Shown here: positions 12,117-25,868 of the stretch, piece by piece
How the letters are laid out: each line of letters opens with the position of its first letter
Numbering within the stretch: the stretch's first letter is position 1
DNA from: Camelus dromedarius
Lineage: Eukaryota
DNA: 64,000 nt
NCBI RefSeq assembly: GCF_036321535.1
Contig: NC_087436.1
Location: 9,796,001 to 9,860,000 of the forward strand
Reading direction: 5' to 3'
Position numbers and translations under genes: made by a program
The notes under the pieces: generated by a model
Told to the model about the DNA's origin: nothing
Database searches by the model: none
The model's input: only the letters and a program-made list of their open reading frames with translations

Positions 12117-14479
12117 CCTCTTATCAACAAATCTTTCCTACATGGCATTGAAGGTCCTAAACAGTACAGTGATAGGTAGGTAGATAGATAGACAGATAAC
12201 TAATTGATTAATTACAAGGATAGAAAAGAAATAAAGTTGTCATTATTTGAAAATTTGATTATTGTACACATAAAATCCAAAGGAATCAACCACTAAATTA
12301 TAAACATTAATAAGAGAGCTTAAAGTTTTACCAAATAAAACCCCCAAAATATACAAAGTCAGTACAGAAAATTTGAGGGAGGTGAGAGTGTTAGTCCTCT
12401 GACAACCTGACTTCACTGTTGAGGCTGAAGACTCCACCCTTCTCAATTTCCCTTTCTTCCAGAAAAAAATGAAAAAGAAAAAAGAAACAGCACTTTTTAT
12501 ATTTAGAGGACATAATTACCTCTTACTCTGTTTTCACTAAAGAAATCAAATCTCCACTTTATCCTTAAGGACTCAGTAAACTTAAAATCCCAAACCTGAG
12601 GTTCCATCTTTTTTTTATTCAATGAACACTTCTATCAGCTTTTCATTAAGAGATTAACTACCTATAATTTGAAATTTTGTTAAGTTATGAAGATCTTTTA
12701 AGACCATTTAACAATCTCGAATTTTAAGGCTCTCTTAGAGCAAAAATTCCCCCAAATCTGTTCTCAGAGATCATAGCAGAGTAGCTTGGAGAATTAATGA
12801 ATTAATGAACATATTTACTCATTCATTCAGCTAGTCAGGGAGAGACTGGATGCTGTCACGTGACAACTGTAGGTATACACATGCACAAACACAACATCTC
12901 ACCAGCTTGTTTATTACGTTGCCTGCTGACACAAATATTTGCATTCCTCACCTCCCAACCTCAATGCCCATGGGTTGTCTTCACAAAACCAAGGCCACCT
13001 GGGGTCTTTGGTCATCTGTCTCCTCATTCAACCCATGCACTTAGGGCTACACCACCTGAACCTCCCACTTTCAAGAAGGAAGAACTCTTTCCTTGGTTTC
13101 TAGGAGGGCTGACATCTGTCTGGTCCACAGCATCTCCACTCCAGATGACTGCCCTCCACTAAAGGCAACATCCTTGCCCAAGGTTACACCCCTTCTGGGG
13201 GCAGCCCTCAGATTGGTCCTCGGGTACAGGAAGGGCTATAAAGACTCAGCCCTTCTGCCCATTTTTCGGATCACTGTGAAAAGTCCCCTTACCTCAGCTC
13301 CCTGTGGGATTACCTAGCGTTTCCATGGTGATTTCCTCTGCTGGGTCTCTTTGCGTCCCTGCTGAGAGCATTCCCTGACTCCGAATAAGTCACTGTCTCA
13401 CAGCTGACTTCATAGGGAACCTCACTGTGACTCACCAGTTTCTTAGTAGGGAAATGATATCAGACCCTAAAGCCTCTTTGTCTTGGGTTTCCTGGTTTTA
13501 TAAACTGGTTCAAAAGGTGAGAGATAAGGAAATTAACAAATGAAGCCAAAATAGACAAAATGTTATATAGAAATGCATGTTGTTTTTTATCGTAATGAGT
13601 TTTAAGGCACCATTACTTCTCTTTGAAAAGCTCTGCAGTTGTGTTTTGTTGCTGTTGTTTGTTTAAGACAGGTTACAGGTTATTTTTCCTACCCTTTCTT
13701 CATAGTCTGGGAGAGGGGACTGGAGGTAGAGTCTGCGTGTGGCTAATTTCCCAGTGATAAAAGCATAAGCCTCTAAGTAAAATTGCTCCCTGAAATCATT
13801 TTTACTGTCCATTTCTATTAAGGTAAGAAAATTTTGATCTTACTTTTTTGACAAAGAAGACATTACCAGCAGGAAAGATGGATAATAGGATCCATTTATG
13901 AAGATATTTTGATATTTCAAGCAAATTTTAAGCATAAAATAAATTTGTCTTTCATGGCCCTTGCAAATTATAAGGCAAAAAAGTAGGCTAATATTTTCTG
14001 GGAAGCTGGTATATTATAAAAAGAAAGAACCATGTCCAGTCCTCATCAGGGCTAAACTCTCAAGGCAGTTTTGAGCACTTAATAGTACTTGTTAAATAAA
14101 TAACCAAATGACTGGATGTCTAAGTATATTCTTAACTCTCCTTATTTGGAATATATTTGCCTTATCACTAACAAAATTAAAATTACTCTCCCTTAGTTTT
14201 TCTTCTCAGCATGATTGAGTATAGGTGATAAGTCATATTCCACTTGAAAAGCACATATTTTGTCCTTTCTGTTAAAAGCAGAGCTAAGAGTAGAAGAAAT
14301 GAACCTAGAAGGAGAGGAGACTACAGCTGTCAAACTCAAATGAAATGGAATGCAGTTTGGGGGACAATTAATTTACTCGGCATTTGTTTCACAATTCTCC
14401 TACCTTTCCTCCTTTCACCACAATAACAGAGATAGTGACCCTGACAGAGAGACGGGAGGCTGCTCCTTGTAGTCTCCCA

Positions 14480-14970
14480 TGGTTTTAAAATACATTTACT
14501 GTACTTCTCCTGTGAATCAGACACTGCATGGAAGCTACAAAAGTGGATAAAATAAAGTTCAAGAGCTCACAGAGCAGAATTTCCCAGTGCAGAAAAGACA
14601 CAGGATCCACACAGACGAATAATACTGAGAGGGACACAAGTAAGGTGTAGAGTCATAGGACATAGAAACAGGAGAGGTCAAGTTTCCATGGAGGGGGATG
14701 GCTTCTCAGAGGAGGAGGCCCCAGGGGTGAATCTCAAAGGATGAGTCAGGGTTCACTGGATTGAGGTCAAAAAAGTTGTTCTAGACAAGGGTGATGGAAG
14801 CAGTGGTAGTGGGAACTGGCCAGAAGGAGCACACAGGGAGAGGCTCAGGTGTTGGGATCAGCACGACTTGGCGATGGGTTGGGATGAATGAGCTGAGAAG
14901 AGTCAATGGGAGAAGAAGAAAAATCATTGTAAGAGAGAACAGGGAAGAGTGAACATGCAAAGATCTGGAG
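14480..14970 (-). mobile_element. L2 fragment
   Basis: Degenerate L2 3' region in reverse (acatttactgtac...caagagctcacag...ggcttctcagaggaggagg). Confidence 0.5.
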
Positions 14971-15796
14971 CAGAAGCCAGCGAAGTGCTGCCGGCCAAAT
15001 CCAGCCCTGAGCCTGTCTGCTGAAGGCTCATTTCTCAAGGATTATAAGGAAAAAGTCAGAGACCAGAAAGCCTAAAAGCTTAACTCTCTGGGCTATTCCT
15101 GAAAAATGTTTACTAAAATTTGTTCTAGAGGGTGAGCTCAAGATTACACACCAAGGGATTATTCTTGTAAGATGAAGAACATTTTTTTTCTATGAACTGC
15201 AAAGGGGAAAAGTTGAGACTAAATTAAGTTAGATAGAACTTAGAAAACAGAGGAGAAAGAAATCCTTCTCTACAGCTTCAACTTCTTGTGGAAAAAACCA
15301 AAAACGTAAGTTCATCCGTTGAGAATGTGGGAGAAAGGTCTTTAATTAGGGCAGTGATACTATTTTACAGGGAAATCATTTCGAGGTGACTGACCACTGT
15401 AACTTCACACTTGTGTGCCTGGCCTTTTGTTGTGATCCAGCAAATATCATATCAAAATATTATTAGAATTTTTATACCAACAAAAACATACGCTATAACC
15501 AATTTATTCCTACTCCACCAGCCTAGAGGATGATAATCAAGAGTAGATGAATAAAATCCTCTCTTCTCCCTCCAGCCTCACCCATAGAGATGCAAGCATC
15601 AAAGAGCAGATGGAGCTCTTAGCCATAGTTGTCAAGTCACAATTGTTCTCCTTACCTGATAGTTTTTGCTTTACAAAGGGTTGGACGTGCTTTCTTGGCC
15701 AAAGACTAGCACTGAGTTTCACCATGAAGACATGGCAGCATTGGCTGATGAACCTTCCGATTTTGTTCTCCCTGATGACAAGTCACAGCCTCACTG

Positions 15797-16975
15797 TGTC
15801 ATCGAACTCCAGTTCAGCTACCCATCACTCAAAAATCCCATACTGAGAGACAAGTGTTGAGTACAAGGAAAGATAGCTTTATTGAGAAAGCTGGCAATTC
15901 TCAGGAGAAGGTGGATTCATGTCCCAAAGAACCAACACTCCAACTCTCCATGTTTTGCTGGGAGATTATTTAAGGAAAAGAGGAAGGGGCTACGTGCTAA
16001 GGAGATGGTTGCAGGGTGCATGATCAGCTCGTGGACATTATTCTGACTGATGGGTGTTGAAGTAATCAGAAGTCAACATCATCAACCTTCTAGTTTCAGT
16101 TGCTCTGGGGTCTATGTGCTTGTGGACAGCATGTAATTAATTTGTTACATTACCCCCCACCATGGAGATTTCAGTATCTGCAAAAAAGCTCAAAGTGTTA
16201 GTTAGGTAAGTGGGGGCACCAGGTAGATAGGTGGAGGAGAGGGAGGATATTCATATGCCCCCTTCAGCATAAAGGTGCTTTACTTCCTCTAAATGAGCGC
16301 CAGCAAGAAACCGGTTAGAACCTGACAGCCACAACTGTGCGATAGCAACAAGGACCTAACTGGACATGATCCAATGTTCATTGTAATATAATTAGCATTG
16401 TGGTTTAGCACCCCCTTCCCATGGGTTTTTCTGTGTGCATCATGGGTAAGGACTTGCACAAAAGGGGACAGGCATCAAAACAGCCATCAATCAATCAAAA
16501 GATCACCTCTAAGCAAAGGGATAAGAAAGAGGACAAAGTCCCCCTGATTTCCTCCCTTGGATCAGCCCACCTCTCATTCTTGGGGGTGTGCTTTCCCTTT
16601 GCTAAATAAATCCTTTAAAATCTTTCACAACGTAATGCTCCATCACCCGTCTGAATTCTTATCTTTTGGGTAAGACAAGAACTGGGGTCTTTCCCCTTCC
16701 CCTTTTGGGGTAACAAAAGGATGGCTCAAAATATTATCTATAATCCCCGAGGAGGAACTAAAGGTCCTTGACTTTGCTTAATGGCCAAACTATTACTATT
16801 TTCTGTTGCTTGCCCATTTTTCTTTGTTTTTACATTTTCTCATTTCTCTGATTAAATTTATTCTTGAACTAGAGGAAGGTCTAAGAGGCTAATGTTTTTC
16901 TACAAAAAGAGGCAGGTGGAAGACATGGGAGAAGGTCTGTCCCAAGAAGACCCCACAGGGTCCTGCTCGGTTACA
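15797..16975 (-). mobile_element. ERV1-type solo LTR (outer), interrupted by a family A LTR
   Basis: TGTC...TTACA termini; 4-bp TSD ACTG (15793-15796 / 16976-16979). Confidence 0.85.
16196..16715 (+). mobile_element. ERV solo LTR, family A (nested)
   Basis: TGTTA...TAACA termini; 4-bp TSD AAAG (16192-16195 / 16716-16719). Confidence 0.9.
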
Positions 16976-17460
16976 ACTGGAGCCATGGGGGTATGTATTT
17001 GTTCTTATCTTCCAGAAGAAACCCTTCCTGAGAGATAATCTTCCCAATCTGGTTTCTCAGCCACAACACCCAACCACAGGATGAGCTGATGCTCTCTTTG
17101 GAAGCCACCTCCCTGTTGTTTCTCCCCATGAGCTGCTGGCAGGATTTCTCATTCTTCATCTCTGTCCTATCTTTCTTTCCCTCACAGGTCTTTCTGCTGG
17201 TCTTCTCACCCCTTCCAGCCAATCACCATTCCCTTCAAGGTTTAGTTGGGGGACGGGGCTCCTGTTACCTTGATGTGGCTCCACCAAATGCACGGGATTA
17301 AACACTAGTACAGCTCTTTCCTCTGAGGAGAGGGAGTGGTGTCAGTATTTTCTCAAAGCCTCCTGAAGGGATCGTAATTGGCAGACAAGGTTGAGAACTA
17401 GCGCTTTAAAGGAAGAATGTGCTTAAAAGGGAATAGCGTTCTGAAAGAAGTCAATAAAAT

Positions 17461-17918
17461 TGTAATAGGGAAGAACAAATCTGAATCATTATTAGATCTG
17501 TTCCTCTAGCTCTTACCCTGGACTCTGTTTCCTGGGCTCAGTCATGCTGGTTCTGCACCTTTTGTAAAAAAATGTTGCCTGGAGCCTGAAATAGACAGGA
17601 AAGCCCATTCTCAAGGCAAATAGAAAGCAGCTCTTATCTTGTTGGAGGTTTACAGGAACATCATCATCTGACCCACGTGGAGAGCTACAAGAACAAAGGA
17701 TTCCAACACCAAGAAGTTTGCAACAACCAACCACACCCTCTCCCCTTTTTAGTATAAAAGGAGCCTGAATTCTGACTTGGGAAAGATGGTTCTCCAGGAC
17801 ACTAGTCCACCATCTTTGCTGGCTTTCTGATACAGTCATTATTCCTTGCCCCAACACCTCATCTCCTTATTTATTAGCCTGTTGTGTGGTGAGCACAATG
17901 AGTTTGGATGCAGTAACA
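17461..17918 (+). mobile_element. ERV1-type solo LTR, family B (variant 1)
   Basis: TGTAATAGGGAAG...GTAACA; TATA-like TATAAAA at ~17753; 4-bp TSD AAAT. Confidence 0.9.
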
Positions 17919-19139
17919 AAATCATCAAGGAAGGAACCAAATGAAGGCATTGAGACCAGCTACAATTCTAACACAGTAGAAAAAGTGAGCGATAGTGTGT
18001 AGGAAGTGGGGAGAAGGAGAAGTTGATGGATTTTAGAGCTATTTCTGACAATCAAGAGCACTTGCCACCTGCTGCCCAGCTGTCTGTCTTGGGCAAATAG
18101 ATCTGAGTTTGGAAGAAAAAAATCAGCAGCCTTGTTAGTGTTGCCAAGTAGCTGGTCAAGGTGTCCTTCTGCTGAACACAAACACTGCACAGAACCTCAA
18201 CGTCAGTGAGTTCACTCTGTGATCGTTATACTACAAGACAGAATCAGGACTGCAATCATGACTAAGCACAGACAGAGAGAAAACACCACGGAACCAAAGA
18301 AATAACAGAGCATCACCTCCTTCCAGCAAACCAAGTGAGTGACTGCTGCTCCTCTACCAAGCACAGCACCAGCCTGCCAGCTCCAGCCCTCCTGCTGGCT
18401 GGATACAAAGTATCAAGACACCCAGTTAGAGATGTGCCCTCATGAACACACCCAATCCAGAGCCATGCCAACTTCTATGAACCACCTCCACAGTCACCTC
18501 ACCAAGCGCATCTTTCCTGTCTGCCCTCCCAGTGCACACCTGCTGAGATGCCCACATTCCCTGGGTGAGCACCCAGACTGGTCTGGTGTCTCCTGGGAGT
18601 CTGACTGGTGACATTCACTCAGAAGGGAAACACTGGAGAAGGATGGGATTGTTTGAGGGTAAGAGGATACTTTTGTGCATGTTGATTGTGAGGTACATTA
18701 TTTGGGGAGGTAACTAAATTTCTTGATCTGACTCAGGAAAGGAGTTTGTGCTAAGAAACAGCTCTGTGAGTGATCAGCATAGAGAATGTAATGACACCAT
18801 GGTTGGTGTGGGGCGGGTAAGTGTTTCTGGAGGAAATGTGTACACTGAGAGGAGTACAGGTCCAACACAAATCTTTAGAAGAGAGCAGAACAGAAGACAG
18901 CAACAGAAGAATCAGGAACGACCAGGGACTTTGGGGAAAAATACATCACTTAGGAGTGAGGTCATAGAAGACAAGTGAAGAAATTTACTCATGGGAGAGT
19001 AGTTAACCAAATCTGTACAATTTGTTTAATATAATGTTAAATATTATGCTATTATTTTTATTTCCAACCTACTTTATGAGCTCTTAAAACTATTTTATCA
19101 TAAATGTAATGCATGCACTTAAGTTTTTAAAAATGCGTA

Positions 19140-19509
19140 TGAAGTAAGTCAGACAGAGAAAGACAAATATCATATGATGTCACTTATACTGGAATTTTTT
19201 AAAATGATATAAATCTTATTTATAATCCAAAAATAGACTCATGGACATAGAAAACAAACTATGGTTACCAAAGAGGAAAGGGGAGGGATAAATTAGGAGT
19301 TTGTGATTAACAGATACATGTTACTATATATAAAATAAACAACAAGGACCTACTGTACAGCACAGGGAACTGTATCAATTTCTTGTAATAACATATAGTG
19401 GAAAAGAATCTAAATATATACATGCATATGTATATATATGTATAACTTAATTGTTTTGCTGTACACCTGAAACTAATGTGGTAAATCAACTACACTTCAA
19501 TTAAAAAAA
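19140..19509 (+). mobile_element. Artiodactyl-type L1 3' end
   Basis: gaagtaagtcagacagagaaagacaaatatc...gctgtacacctgaaactaa...caattaaaaaa. Confidence 0.85.
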
Positions 19510-22500
19510 TACATACACATGCACTTCATACATTCCTCAAGTTTATCTACTAGTAACACTACCGTGTGTCCAGGAGGGGCATTTTTCCCGGAATTGTATG
19601 GCTATGGAAGCATACATATATTTTTGTTTTTACATAAATAGGAACATGTTATAAGTGTTTTGTCCCTTGCTTTTTTTAATTTAGTAATGAATTTCTACAT
19701 AGTAAGTATGACCACATAAATATCATTCTTTTCAATACATGACTGATACTCTATTGTACAGTGTACCATACATTATTATGCCATTTTTAACCAGCTTATT
19801 ATGAATATCTGGGTTATTTCCAGTTTTACAAACAGAGTTGCAATGAAGATCTTCCTCCATAAATATTTAACTGCTTGTACAAGTACATTTGAAGACAAAT
19901 TCCTCAGACTGGAATTTCTGGTTTAATGGCTTCGTGTATTCAGTTTTTAATAGCTAATTACTCACTAAAGGATTATATAAAGTAACATACCCACAGCGGT
20001 GTATGAGTTCTTATTTCCCCAGACCTCAGCGAACACCAGATATACTTTCCTAGCCCCAGAGTGAATGTCTTCTCCTGGTTGCCTGCAACACGGTCCACCC
20101 TGTGCTGACCCCGCATTGCTCTGGCCTCTCTAGATGCAATTTGGTTCTTAAAGCTCATTGCATTAATTCACCTTTCAGCCACCTGAGACCATGCCAGAAA
20201 GTTTGGGATTCAGAGCGTACTTTTGACAGATTTTGGTGGTATTATATCCAAAAATATAAAAATGCCCCAAATCTGCCAACCACTCCTCCCTCTCCCTTCT
20301 TCCCACGAGTTTCCCAAGGTAGCGCTATAAAAAGAAAGAACACCCAACGGAGAACAAAGTACCACTTAGTGACTGCGGATTCGGTGACCGGTGACCCCAA
20401 AGGCAGGTTTCAGGCAGAGGCCGAGTGGCTTTGACTAAGCATGACCTTTTCCCACATTGCCCCCATCCCCACCCAAATCTGCATCTTGGGAAGACCTGGC
20501 CATCACGTAAGGCTGTTAGGTGAGGAAAACACGGACAGAGCCGCTGAGTTTGTCAGTGAATTGCCTAACCCAGACACATAAGATATCAAGGAGAGGAGAG
20601 CATTTCTGGATTAACATGTATTTCTAACTGTAAAGCCATCTCACTACTGGAGAAAGAAGCAGAATGTCTTGGATTTATTTATACGTGAGAGCAGCGGCTC
20701 CTCGGGAAGGACAGAGCAGAGAGGTCCTCCGCCCACAGCCGCCGAAGACAAAAACACAGGAAGAACAGCCACCCTGCATCACACCAGGACACGCCTCCCC
20801 GAAATTCTCTCTCTCTGGGCAGAGTAAAGTGAGTGCTGCGAAAAACATTAAGTCAGTAAACCCCTCTCCTGCTCCATGCATTAGCGTCATTTAACTGCTT
20901 ATATCTCTGACGTTTGGAAAACATGTTATAAAATATTTAAATGAAACTGAACTTCATTCTGAGTTTAAGGATGAACTTCACTCTCAAAGACTATAAATGT
21001 GGTACTGGTTCCAATTCTTTAGCAACTACTTTACAACTTATCAGAGATACAGTTATTCTGATTTTGCCTGGAGTTAAGCAGAATGTAACTCAAATAAAGA
21101 CGGGATTTCATAGTCAGGCTTTTTCATATGCTTGGTCTTAGCACAGGTTGCAGGCTATTTTGAGTGCTACTTCCTCTCTGTCAACCTGGCAAACTCCTAG
21201 TCATCCATCAAGACTCAGCACAGGTGTCACTTCCTCTTTGGTGCCTTCCCTGCTTTCGCCTTTATTGCCTCAATGTTTGCATCATTATTATCTACCAATT
21301 ATTATCATAATTGCATCATTATTTCTACCAAGGCACCCATCTCACTGAATGGAAACCATTTATTCCTCCCCTACACTCCCTGCTTGAGATCCTTAAGAGT
21401 ATAGTTTTTGGCTTAGTCATTGTGTGTTTCCAGAACAGAAGGCAGTACCTGGCAAGTGGTTATGCAATAAATTTTTTTGGAATAAATAAAGGAACATGTA
21501 TGGTTTCTTCTTATGCTTCTGGCTTTGGAAACAGAAATGACAAGGAACCATCTTAAGGAATTTCTTCTCTGTTAAAGGATCACTGAGGGGGAAGCATGCC
21601 AATAACTAGAAAGTCCTACAGCATAGAGAGCTCACAAAATGTGAAAACTGGTGCCTGAACTCAAATTTCAGGAACATTAGTCACTTCTGGATCTCTAATA
21701 AGAACTTCAGAGGAAGGAAGTGATTTCCATCTTCTGGGTCCATATGAGCAGTAGATCTTGTGATTTTAGTGCGTTTCAATGATTTGTTGACAAGATGCGT
21801 TAAGTGTTCCAACAACACTTACCTCCTTTTTCTTTTAATCATCTCTAAGCCTTACCGGCAATCAAAGCTAATTATATAACAAGAAAACCAGCACTTCAGC
21901 TTAAGAGTTTTTCTGTAGCTCATTCAACTTGCTCTTTTTGGTTTAACAGTTTCCTGGGTCAGTGCATGCTGGTAGCTGCCATCACTTACCTAATACAGGG
22001 AGCTCGAGAATCTAAATGAAAAACATTTCATTTCTTACCAAAGTCAATAGAATAACTTGTATTGCAAGTTCGACTTTACTTTGTACACATATAAAGTGTT
22101 TTATTTCTTTTTGTGATTGTTTCTTTTCTTTTTAGTCACACATATATAAGTGAATCACATAAATGTATTACCTAAGTAGTCTTAAATTTATTATTCCAGA
22201 AGAAGATTAAGCAGTAAGACAATAACTTCACTGACAGACTAGAAAGGACATTTTAAAAAATTTTGTTTTCTTCTCACTAGCAGATCAACCATGAATTCTG
22301 AAGAACTTAGCTCACAGACATTTTTATAGTGTAGAGAAGGAACTGCTCTCTGTTATTACATTTTAGCTACAGTCAGAAAGCAGAGGAGAGAAAGTCAGAG
22401 GAGATTATATAAAGAAAATCCTTTTACCGGGACTGTGGGGAGGAAAGAGAGAGAGAAATGAAGGAAAGAGGGAACACTAGTAGAAGGCAGCTCCACAAGC

Positions 22501-22570
22501 CACCTGTAGCTCTATGGGCACAAGCCCCGTCAAAATAAACTTGGTACAGTGTCAGCAGGAAGATGGGGGA

Positions 22571-23412
22571 GGTCATGGGCTGAACAGAAATTCATATAAC
22601 CCCCAACACGACTATCTATGGAGATAGGACCTTTAAGTAAGTAAGTAAAGTTAAATGAGGCCATGTTGTTTCCAAGTCCAAGCTCATACTGCTTGCTGCA
22701 TGACAGGCCAATAAATCAAGAAAAGAGTTGTTGGGAAAAGGAAGAATGACTTTATTTGAAAAGCCAGAAGACTGAGAAGATGGTGGACCAGTGTCCCAAA
22801 GAACCATCTTCCCTGAGTTAGCATTCAGGGTTATTTCATTCTAAAAGGGGAGAGGGTGTTGCAAACTTCTTTATTCTTGCAGCTGTCCATGTAGGTCAGG
22901 TCAGGATGCTCCTGTAAACCCTCCAACACGACAAATGTTCTCTGTTCTGCAATCTTTTATCTCTCTGTGAATAGGAAAGTGTTACACCTTTAAATGTCAG
23001 AGCCTTGAGAAGGGGCTCTCCTGTCTATTTCAGGCTCTAGGCAACAGTCTTAACTTGTAGCAAAAGCGATAGGCTACACAGGCTAAAGTGAAAGAAATAG
23101 ATCCAAGATGGAGTCGGATTTGTTCTTCCCTATTATCGTATGGGGCCCTGACCCAATAGGACTGGTGACCCAATAAGAGGGAGAGACATCAGAGACCCCG
23201 CTCTCTCCCCAGTGTGCACAGAGGAAAGCGTGTGAGGACACGGCCAGGTGGTGACCCGCCAAGAAGAGAGGATCACCACACACCAAATTTGTCGAATTTG
23301 CCAGCACCCTGATCTTGGCCTTCCGGACTCTGGAACCATGAGAAGATCAACGTCTGTTGTTTAAGCCACGCAATCTGGTATTTGGTTCCAGCAGCCTGAG
23401 CAGATTAATACA
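22571..23412 (+). mobile_element. MaLR (MLT1-type) LTR split by a family B LTR
   Basis: gttaaatgaggcc | ggggccctgacccaataggactggtg rejoins across the insertion; ends gcagattaataca. Confidence 0.75.
22667..23136 (-). mobile_element. ERV1-type solo LTR, family B (variant 1)
   Basis: Reverse complement resembles the 17461 and 23457 copies; ends gttcttccctatta. Confidence 0.85.
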
Positions 23413-23456
23413 GAGGAGCCTGAAGTTGAGTTTTCCTGAGTCATTCAGTAGTGCTG

Positions 23457-23977
23457 TGTAATAGAGAAGAACAAATCTGACTCCATATTAGACCTGTCCC
23501 TTTAGCTCCAACCCTGTGCTCTGTTTCCTGGGCTCAGTCCTGCTGGTTCTGCACCTTTTGTAAAAGAATGTTGCCTAGAGCCTGAAACAGACAGGAGAGC
23601 CCATCCTCAAGGCTGTGACCTTTAAGGGGATAACACTTTTCCATTCATATAGAGACAAAAAGTTGCAGAATAGAAACTAACATTTGTCTTGATGGAGGTT
23701 TACAGGACACCATGATCTGACCCACGTGGACAGCTGCAAGAACAAAGGATTCCTACATCAAGAAGTTTGCAACAACCAACCACACCCTCTCCCCTTTTTG
23801 GTACTAAAGGAGCCTGAATTCTGACTTGGGGAAGATGGTTGTCCACGACATTAGTCCCCTATCTTCTCGGTCTGCTGGTTTTCCCAAGAAAAAGTCACTA
23901 TTCCTTACCCCAACACCTTGTCTTCCAGTTTACTGGCCTGTCGTGTGGTAAGCAGAATGAGTTTGGACTCAAGAACA
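23457..23977 (+). mobile_element. ERV1-type solo LTR, family B (variant 1)
   Basis: TGTAATAGAGAAGAACAAATCTGACTCC...GAACA; closely similar to 17461-17918. Confidence 0.9.
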
Positions 23978-24579
23978 CTGGCTTTCAAGACATTTTGCTG
24001 AGGAAGAATTTATAATTTGGGGAATGTGGGTACAAGGATGCCCCTCGGTTAACACAGGCACATGGGTCCCAGCCCCCAGAGAAGAGCAAGGCCTGTTATC
24101 TCTGCTGTGATGATTGGTCTCAGAAAAGGCTAAGCAGGCCTTCTCTGTGTTTCAGACCTAAATCCTCACTAAGTCAAGTCAAGTCAGCCTAAACATTCAA
24201 CAGTCAGCTGTAGCATCTGACAGGAGAAGCCTTGAAGTTAACAAAACACTCAAATAAAAACTGGTGCCACAAGCACATTTGATTGTCCTTTATGACTGGA
24301 TCACCACATTCTGTTGATTCTTATTTTGTGGTTGGCTTTATTCCTTTGATAACTATGTAAGTTTAAAAAGCTAAAGCTCTAAACATTCTTAGAAACAATG
24401 ATCAGTACACATATGCAAACTTAAAAAAAAATATGTGCAGCATACAGTTTATATGTATTTCCCTGCAATACATTGTATATGTGCAGTCAAACTGTAGCAA
24501 TTCTACCTAATGAAGCTGAAAAATGAAAATAAAACTCGGCCCTATTCTCAGGAAGCGTTTGTCCATGCTTCTCATTATT

Positions 24580-25320
24580 AAAGCACGTGCTCTCTTGGCT
24601 GCTTCAGGGAGACGCTGGACTCCTTCCAGGTGCCGCACCTGCAGGACACCTGGACTTCGCAGCGCTGATTTCTGCGCTGTCCTTTGGAGGAAACTCGTGC
24701 AGGCTGTTTCCTGTGGCAGCGGTGACTTCAAACTCGGGTTTTCCCGCTTTCATCCGCGGAGGAGGAACCACAAAGGGGACAGAAACAGCCTCTCCTCCCC
24801 GACCGCCCCTCCCGGTGCGTCCCCCTCGCAGGTGAGGCCGGGAGGGGGGAGAGAAGGCAAGGAACTCATCCCGGCTTCTCTTCTCCTTCAGCATCGAAAG
24901 ACCAAAGCCGCCAGGCCGGGCCCCCACTTTCAGAATGACCCAAAGCTCCCAGGAAGTTTACGTTTTCCCGCTTATTCAACATCCCAGTTCACTTGAGCCT
25001 TGGTTGTGAGTTCTGGGATTGAAACCGCAGCCGCAGCGCTGCCGCACTTCCGCTGCGCCAGGCGAACTGTCATTGTCAAAGTGTGAGTCGTCAGCGCGTT
25101 GACTTGGGACTTTTCTGACTGTTGCTTAGACGCTTGTTTCTAACTAGATGGTCAGCTTGGTGCAGATCTGGGGTCTCTCTTCTGCCTGCCTGGCGCAGCC
25201 GCTCTGCCTCAGCTGTCCAGGGGATGCGCTCCCTGGCGATTGCATTCGCTCCTTGGACACGTGTGTAAATGAACTCGCGGCTAAGACTGCAGTTTCTGTT
25301 AACGCCATCTTGGAGGCACC
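24580..25320. promoter_or_regulatory. Orphan CpG-island-like, promoter-like region
   Basis: High GC and CpG in AT-rich surroundings; E-box palindrome AGCACGTGCT (24582-24591), GC box ~24800, ETS-like CACTTCCG ~25045, YY1-like CGCCATCTTG ~25303. Confidence 0.6.
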
Positions 25321-25629
25321 TAGCATTTTATAAAAAAGGCTTTTAAAAATATTGAATGTACCTACTTAGTGAAAAAAACTAGTTGCTATTATAGAGACGT
25401 TCATAAAAATATAGTTAATTTTGGACAGTTTCTGCTGTATTTCATATTTGTGATTTCTTTTTATTCTTAGTTTTACTGAATATAACAAAACATAGACATA
25501 CAAAGATGTTTATTTTTTTTTTAAGTCCCTGAATTCCTTTCTACAGAAAGAATTCCTCTCTACAGAGGTAACCATTATTAAAAGCTTGGGTCTCTTTCCA
25601 GAAAATCTTTGTGCATGATCAAACGGAAT

Positions 25630-25868
25630 TGTTACCGAGTTCTAAGTTATTCTGCTGGCTGCATGACAGAACAATAAATCGACATACAACTTGTTGGGGC
25701 AAGGAATAACGACTTTATTTGAAAAGCCAGCAGACTGAGAAGATGGGGGGGTGGGGGGCTAATGTCCTGGAGAACCATCTTCCCCAAGTCAGAATTCAGG
25801 CTCCTTTTATACTAAAAAGGGGAGAAGGTGTGGCTGGTTGTTGGAAATTTCTTAGTGTAGGAATCCTT
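25630..25868 (-). mobile_element. Truncated family B LTR
   Basis: TGTTACCGAG start; similarity to the other copies stops at gtaggaatcctt. Confidence 0.8.

Noticed and set aside
17461..23977. Two same-orientation family B LTRs as the ends of one provirus
   Set aside because: The left LTR has its own TSD, and no primer-binding site or gag/pol/env lies between them.
24523..24996. 157-aa ORF and overlapping ORFs in the CpG island
   Set aside because: Long ORFs are expected in GC-rich DNA, and I recognise no protein similarity.
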